This document shows, piece by piece, positions 59,884-64,000 of a stretch of DNA of 64,000 bases (position 1 is its first letter; each line of letters opens with the position of its first letter). A program made the translations under genes and the position numbers. Under the pieces are notes generated by a model, which did not search any database, was not told the origin of the DNA, and saw nothing but the letters and a program-made list of their open reading frames with translations. Source of the stretch: Gammaproteobacteria bacterium (GTDB lineage: Bacteria; Pseudomonadota; Gammaproteobacteria; Ga0077536). The DNA is taken from NCBI GenBank assembly GCA_963662545.2, contig CAXXLL010000003.1:1600001-1664000 (forward strand), given 5' to 3'.

Positions 59884-60045
59884 GGAACCTCTGAATAAGT
59901 CATGGTGCGTCTGTATTGTTCATGAAATGGTGCAGATCAAGGCACGAATCGCAGGCCATAGCGGGGACTAGGGCTAAGGTTCGTAACGTAAGGCTCCGCG
60001 ATTTCATGGGCAAGGCAGATGGGCCATGACTTATTCAGAGGTTCC
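59884..60045 (+). mobile_element. MITE family A copy 5 (162 bp) between hpf and ptsN
   Basis: GGAACCTCTGAATAA...TTATTCAGAGGTTCC; near reverse complement of copy 2. Confidence 0.9.
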
Positions 60046-60079
60046 CTAAGTCTCACAGACGGCTGGCCGTAATCCTTAT

Positions 60080-60373
60080 TCAGGCGCGATGGTTTGTCAT
60101 CTTCTCTTTATGTTTTTTTATTTGTCGATCGAGTTTATCGAGCAACAAATCTATCGCGGCGTACATGTCTTCGTGCTCGCTGCCCGCATGTATGTTGTGC
60201 CCGGTAACGTGTATCGTCGCCTCCGCCTTGTGTCTCTGCTTTTCAACCCCAAGAACGACGTGCACATCCACCACGTGCTCGAAGTGGCGTTCGATTCGTG
60301 TCATTTTGCTTTGAATGTATTCCTGCATCGCCGTGGTAAGTTCGACGTGATGCCCATCTATCTTTATCTGCAT
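60080..60373 (-). CDS. hpf: Ribosome hibernation promoting factor (short HPF)
   Basis: GHHVELT, DMYAAID.L.DKLDRQ..KHKEK; follows rpoN. Confidence 0.95.
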   Translation of the reverse strand: MQIKIDGHHVELTTAMQEYIQSKMTRIERHFEHVVDVHVVLGVEKQRHKAEATIHVTGHNIHAGSEHEDMYAAIDLLLDKLDRQIKKHKEKMTNHRA

Positions 60374-60477
60374 TCGAGTCTCCTGATAATCGAAGCAATG
60401 GCTCGGAATTCATCCGCAATCAAATACGGGGATCCCGTGAAGGGGCCGAATTCGAGACCCGTACGCGACGATTTTCT

Positions 60478-61980
60478 TTAAGCGAGACGTTTTCTTTCAT
60501 TAGATGGCGGAATTGCCATGGCTTCCCTGTATTTAGCAACCGTGCGACGCGCGATTTTGACCCCCTGGCTGGACAACAGCGCAGCTATCTTGTTATCGCT
60601 CAGCGGTTTTTCGATATTCTCCGCCGCGATGAATTTCTTAATCACCGCACGAATGGCCGTGGACGAAGCTTCGCCTCCCAAGGTCGTGCTGACGTGGCTG
60701 GAGAAAAAGTATTTCAGTTCGTAGATTCCTCGCGGCGTGTGCATGTATTTGCGAGTCGTTACGCGCGAGATTGTTGATTCATGCATTTCTAATGCTTCTG
60801 CAATATCGTGCAGGACAAGCGGTTTCATGGCTTCCTCGCCGTGTTCGAGAAATGCCCGTTGGCGTTCAACTATGGAAGTTGCGACTCGAAGCAGGGTTTC
60901 GCTTCGGCTCTGCAGGCTCTTTATGAACCATCGCGCTTCTTGTAGGTGAGCCTTAAGTGAGGAGTTATCCGTACTGTTATCCGCCCGTTTTATCATGCCC
61001 GCATAGTATGGATTTACGCGCAGCGGCGGAATCGTGTCTGCATTCAATTCAACGCGCCATCGTCCTTTCTCCTTGACTACGAATACATCCGGAACAATGT
61101 ATTCCGGTTGATCCGAATTGTACTGCGCGCCAGGACGTGGATTCATCGACTGAATAAGCGCGATTATCTTGGAAAGTTCTTCTTTGCTTACCTTGAATTT
61201 GCGCATCAATTGCTTATAGTCGCGTGCACCAAGTATCTCCATATACTCCGAGCAACAACGCCGAGCTTCTGCGAGCCATTCGGTTTCTTCCGGAAGCTGC
61301 GCGAGCTGTAGTAGGAGACACTCCCTGAGATCACGTGCCGCGACACCCGCGGGTTCCAGACCCTGAACCAACTTCAAGACCGCTTCAACTTCATCCGGCT
61401 CCGTGGCGACTTCGTCGTTAGCGGTTATCGTCGTGCATAAATCCTCGATCGAGGCATCCAAGTATCCGCCGCCGTTAAGTGCATCGATAATCGCCAGCAC
61501 GATGACGCGGTCGTTTTCACCCAGCGGCATCAGGTTGACTTGCCAGAGCAGATGCTCGGATAAAGATTCCTCCGCATTCGCCGTTGGTTCGACTTCACCA
61601 CCAAAGGCTTCGCGCATCCGCGGCCCCGAACCAGAGCTGGGCAACGAGTCGTAAATGTCTTCCCACTGAGTATCGACGGGAAGATCGGCGGGGATATCGT
61701 CGGTCGTCGTTGCGGTTTCCGTTTCCCTCGGATCGCCTCCGCCGACTTCGTCAGCAACTTCGTGTTCAATGTCACTCGATACATCGTCCTGAGTTTCGGG
61801 CGACAGGTCCTCGTACTCGTCGGAACCGTCCGCGAGTTCAAGCATCATGTTCGATTCGAGCGCCTCCTGGATTTCGACGGAGAGTTCCATCGAAGACAGC
61901 TGCAACAGCCGAATTGCCTGCTGTAGCTGCGGCGTCATCGTGAGATGCTGACCGAGCTTTAGTTGTAAGGACTGCTTCAT
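60478..61980 (-). CDS. rpoN: RNA polymerase sigma-54
   Basis: MTPQLQQAIRLLQL, HESTISR, ARRTVAKYRE. Confidence 0.98.
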   Translation of the reverse strand: MKQSLQLKLGQHLTMTPQLQQAIRLLQLSSMELSVEIQEALESNMMLELADGSDEYEDLSPETQDDVSSDIEHEVADEVGGGDPRETETATTTDDIPADLPVDTQWEDIYDSLPSSGSGPRMREAFGGEVEPTANAEESLSEHLLWQVNLMPLGENDRVIVLAIIDALNGGGYLDASIEDLCTTITANDEVATEPDEVEAVLKLVQGLEPAGVAARDLRECLLLQLAQLPEETEWLAEARRCCSEYMEILGARDYKQLMRKFKVSKEELSKIIALIQSMNPRPGAQYNSDQPEYIVPDVFVVKEKGRWRVELNADTIPPLRVNPYYAGMIKRADNSTDNSSLKAHLQEARWFIKSLQSRSETLLRVATSIVERQRAFLEHGEEAMKPLVLHDIAEALEMHESTISRVTTRKYMHTPRGIYELKYFFSSHVSTTLGGEASSTAIRAVIKKFIAAENIEKPLSDNKIAALLSSQGVKIARRTVAKYREAMAIPPSNERKRLA

Positions 61981-62044
61981 GAACCTCTACAGGAGGGCAG
62001 AATTATTGGCTAATACCTCATAGTTTAGCGCACCGTCGTAGAGG

Positions 62045-62062
62045 TTGGAACAATTATTGCAT
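62045..62062 (+). promoter_or_regulatory. Inverted sigma-54 (-24/-12) site upstream of rpoN
   Basis: TTGGAACAATTATTGCAT has GG-N10-GC spacing, oriented opposite to rpoN. Confidence 0.65.
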
Positions 62063-62162
62063 AACCGCTATCCGGACCGAGGACCTTGCGGGTTACACGG
62101 TCCTCTAATTGGAATTGTCGACCTTGGTAAGCTGTCGAGGAACCGTGGTTTTTGACCGCCCG

Positions 62163-62888
62163 TTATAGCGTGAATTTGTCACCGAGATAAACCTGGCGGA
62201 CTTTATCGTTCTTCAGAATCGCCTCCGCGTCACCTTCCGCGATGATCATGCCCTCGTTCACGATATAGGCGCGATCACATATCCTCAGCGTTTCCTGTAC
62301 GTTGTGATCAGTAATCAAAACGCCAATTCCGATCTGTTTGAGGTGGCTGATGATCCGCTGAATGTCACCCACAGATATCGGGTCAACACCTGCGAAAGGC
62401 TCATCCAGCAGGATGAATCTGGGCTGCGTCGCCAGTGAACGTGCGATCTCAACACGGCGTCGCTCGCCACCCGATAGGGACATGCCGAGATTATGTTTTA
62501 TATGCGCGATATGGAATTCGCGCAACAACGCATCGAGGCGGCGTTGCCTTTGATGTGCGTTCAAATCGGGAATGATCTCGAGTACGCCAAGAATGTTCTG
62601 TTCGACGGTAAGCTTGCGAAATACAGACGCTTCCTGGGGAAGATAACCCAGACCCTTGCGGGCCCGCACGTCCATCGGAAGCCGCGTCAGCTCCTCGCTA
62701 TCGAGATGAATCGATCCCCCCTCACTGGCGACCAGGCCTATGATCATGTAAAAGCTTGTCGTTTTGCCGGCCCCGTTTGGTCCCAGCAGGCCGATGATCT
62801 CGCCACTGTGGACCGTGAGGCTGACATCCTTTACGACCCGGCGCGAGCGATAGGTTTTGGCTAAATGGCGGACTGACAGGATACTCAT
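62163..62888 (-). CDS. lptB: LPS export ABC transporter ATPase
   Basis: [36 protein letters not shown]. Confidence 0.97.
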   Translation of the reverse strand: MSILSVRHLAKTYRSRRVVKDVSLTVHSGEIIGLLGPNGAGKTTSFYMIIGLVASEGGSIHLDSEELTRLPMDVRARKGLGYLPQEASVFRKLTVEQNILGVLEIIPDLNAHQRQRRLDALLREFHIAHIKHNLGMSLSGGERRRVEIARSLATQPRFILLDEPFAGVDPISVGDIQRIISHLKQIGIGVLITDHNVQETLRICDRAYIVNEGMIIAEGDAEAILKNDKVRQVYLGDKFTL

Positions 62889-63035
62889 GGGTATTTTTGG
62901 AGGCGTTGTTATAGGCAGGTGACCCCAGCGCCATTTTCGAATCCGACAGGCGTCAAAGCTTACGAACCTTGAGGCGTGCCGTGGTGCGGCATTTGTCGAC
63001 TACCGGAATCCATGAAATCGGCGTCTATCCCGGTT

Positions 63036-63581
63036 TCATCGATCCCTCTTTTTCTTCGGTGGGATTATTATACGAACGCGGCCGCTTGTTTCCTTCGGCC
63101 GTTCGTCCTTGTCGGCTTTCCCAGCACGAGAGGAACGCGCCGTAATGATGCTTTTCTCGGTATCGTAATTGATTCTGTGTCCCTGAAATAATCTTTCACC
63201 TTGAGTCACCTTGGCTTTTTCGATCAGGAAAAGAAGGTTTTTCAGCGCATGGTATTCCATCAACAGCGCTTCGCCCTCGACGTCGTGGGCCGCATTATCC
63301 GGGGTTTGCCTGAAGGTCGCAGGCTGCCCTTCCAGATAAACTTCTTTGAGGTCTCGATCCTCGGTGAAATTGACCCGCAACCGATCGCCAGTCATCCGAA
63401 TGGAACCCTGGATCACGATCACGTTGCCCACGTATAGCGTTGTCCCCTCTTCGTCGTCAAGTTCGGCAAAGTCCGCTTCGATCTCGATCGGCTGCTCGGA
63501 GTCCGTGGACAAGGCCATGCATTGACCGCCGAATACAGCGAGCAGAATGGATAAAAATTCAACTTTGCGGTTTGACTTCAT
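63036..63581 (-). CDS. lptA: LPS transport periplasmic protein
   Basis: ALSTDSEQPIEIEAD, GNVIVIQG, GRVRIII. Confidence 0.94.
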   Translation of the reverse strand: MKSNRKVEFLSILLAVFGGQCMALSTDSEQPIEIEADFAELDDEEGTTLYVGNVIVIQGSIRMTGDRLRVNFTEDRDLKEVYLEGQPATFRQTPDNAAHDVEGEALLMEYHALKNLLFLIEKAKVTQGERLFQGHRINYDTEKSIITARSSRAGKADKDERPKETSGRVRIIIPPKKKRDR

Positions 63582-64000
63582 GCCTGGTTCTCACCTGCTT
63601 GAGTAGTTCCAGGCGATCGTGCGCGAAATTCGCCCGCATGCCGATCGCGTGCGTAATGGTCGACGGACCGATGATAGTTGTTGGATTGTCGGATTCGGCA
63701 TATTGTTCCTTTGGCAATACCCTCAATTCCGACGTTATGACCTGATAGACGCGTTGTCCTGCTTTATCAAGCCGCCAGATCTCGACCGCTCCGTGCAACA
63801 GGACGACATCGTTACCGGAGCTTACCCAGCCGCGCTCTGCAATGACGTGCCAGGGTTCGACCTGCCCATTGTAAATCTCAAGATGGGGACTAGCCAATTC
63901 CGTCGAATCGTCGTCGGGGAAATGCTCGACGAGTTCCGCACGCAGTATGTTTTTAAGCTCGCCCTCGATTCCAGTGGTTGTGCGAATCATGTTCTCGATG
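63559..64000 (-). CDS. lptC: LPS export protein LptC (5'-partial)
   Basis: HFPDDDSTELASP, W.VIAERG, GMRANF; upstream of lptA; runs off the window. Confidence 0.88.
   Translation of the reverse strand, partial: IENMIRTTTGIEGELKNILRAELVEHFPDDDSTELASPHLEIYNGQVEPWHVIAERGWVSSGNDVVLLHGAVEIWRLDKAGQRVYQVITSELRVLPKEQYAESDNPTTIIGPSTITHAIGMRANFAHDRLELLKQVRTRHEVKPQS

Noticed and set aside
59838-60064. Outer element (AGCGGCCTGTAGA...TCTCACAGACGGCT) enclosing MITE A copy 5
   Set aside because: The putative inverted ends are too mismatched to call by eye.

Overview
A 64-kb stretch of core chromosome from a moderately GC-rich gammaproteobacterium. It is almost all housekeeping genes: panC-folK-pcnB, tRNA-Glu(CUC), lptG/pepA-holC-valS, cysE-iscR-iscA-sufBCDS-sufT, ndk-rlmN-pilW-rodZ-hisS-yfgM-bamB-der, dapA-bamC, gcvR, queG, rpe-trpGDC, ilvA/rpiA, hisAFIE-tatABC, polA, thrB, an OmpA-family lipoprotein, mgtE and lptCAB-rpoN-hpf-ptsN-rapZ-ptsH-ptsI. 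I saw no CRISPR array, prophage, integrase or transposase. The unusual content is intergenic: several families of short non-autonomous inverted-repeat elements, including five ~162-bp copies of one family. Most have YTAR-like flanks that often coincide with stop codons. Several families with unrelated termini share one covarying internal hairpin core. One element near 49.3-49.7 kb is a three-level nest in which ~72-nt multi-hairpin units sit inside hairpin loops, including their own. Many normally co-located genes are cleanly absent from their usual positions (panB, lptF, ispG, sufE/U, purC, trpE with a truncated gph, hisB/hisH, hprK). Other oddities are an in-frame N-terminal module on ValS and an acyltransferase-esterase fusion protein. 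All calls were made by eye from motifs and synteny; no database searches were run.
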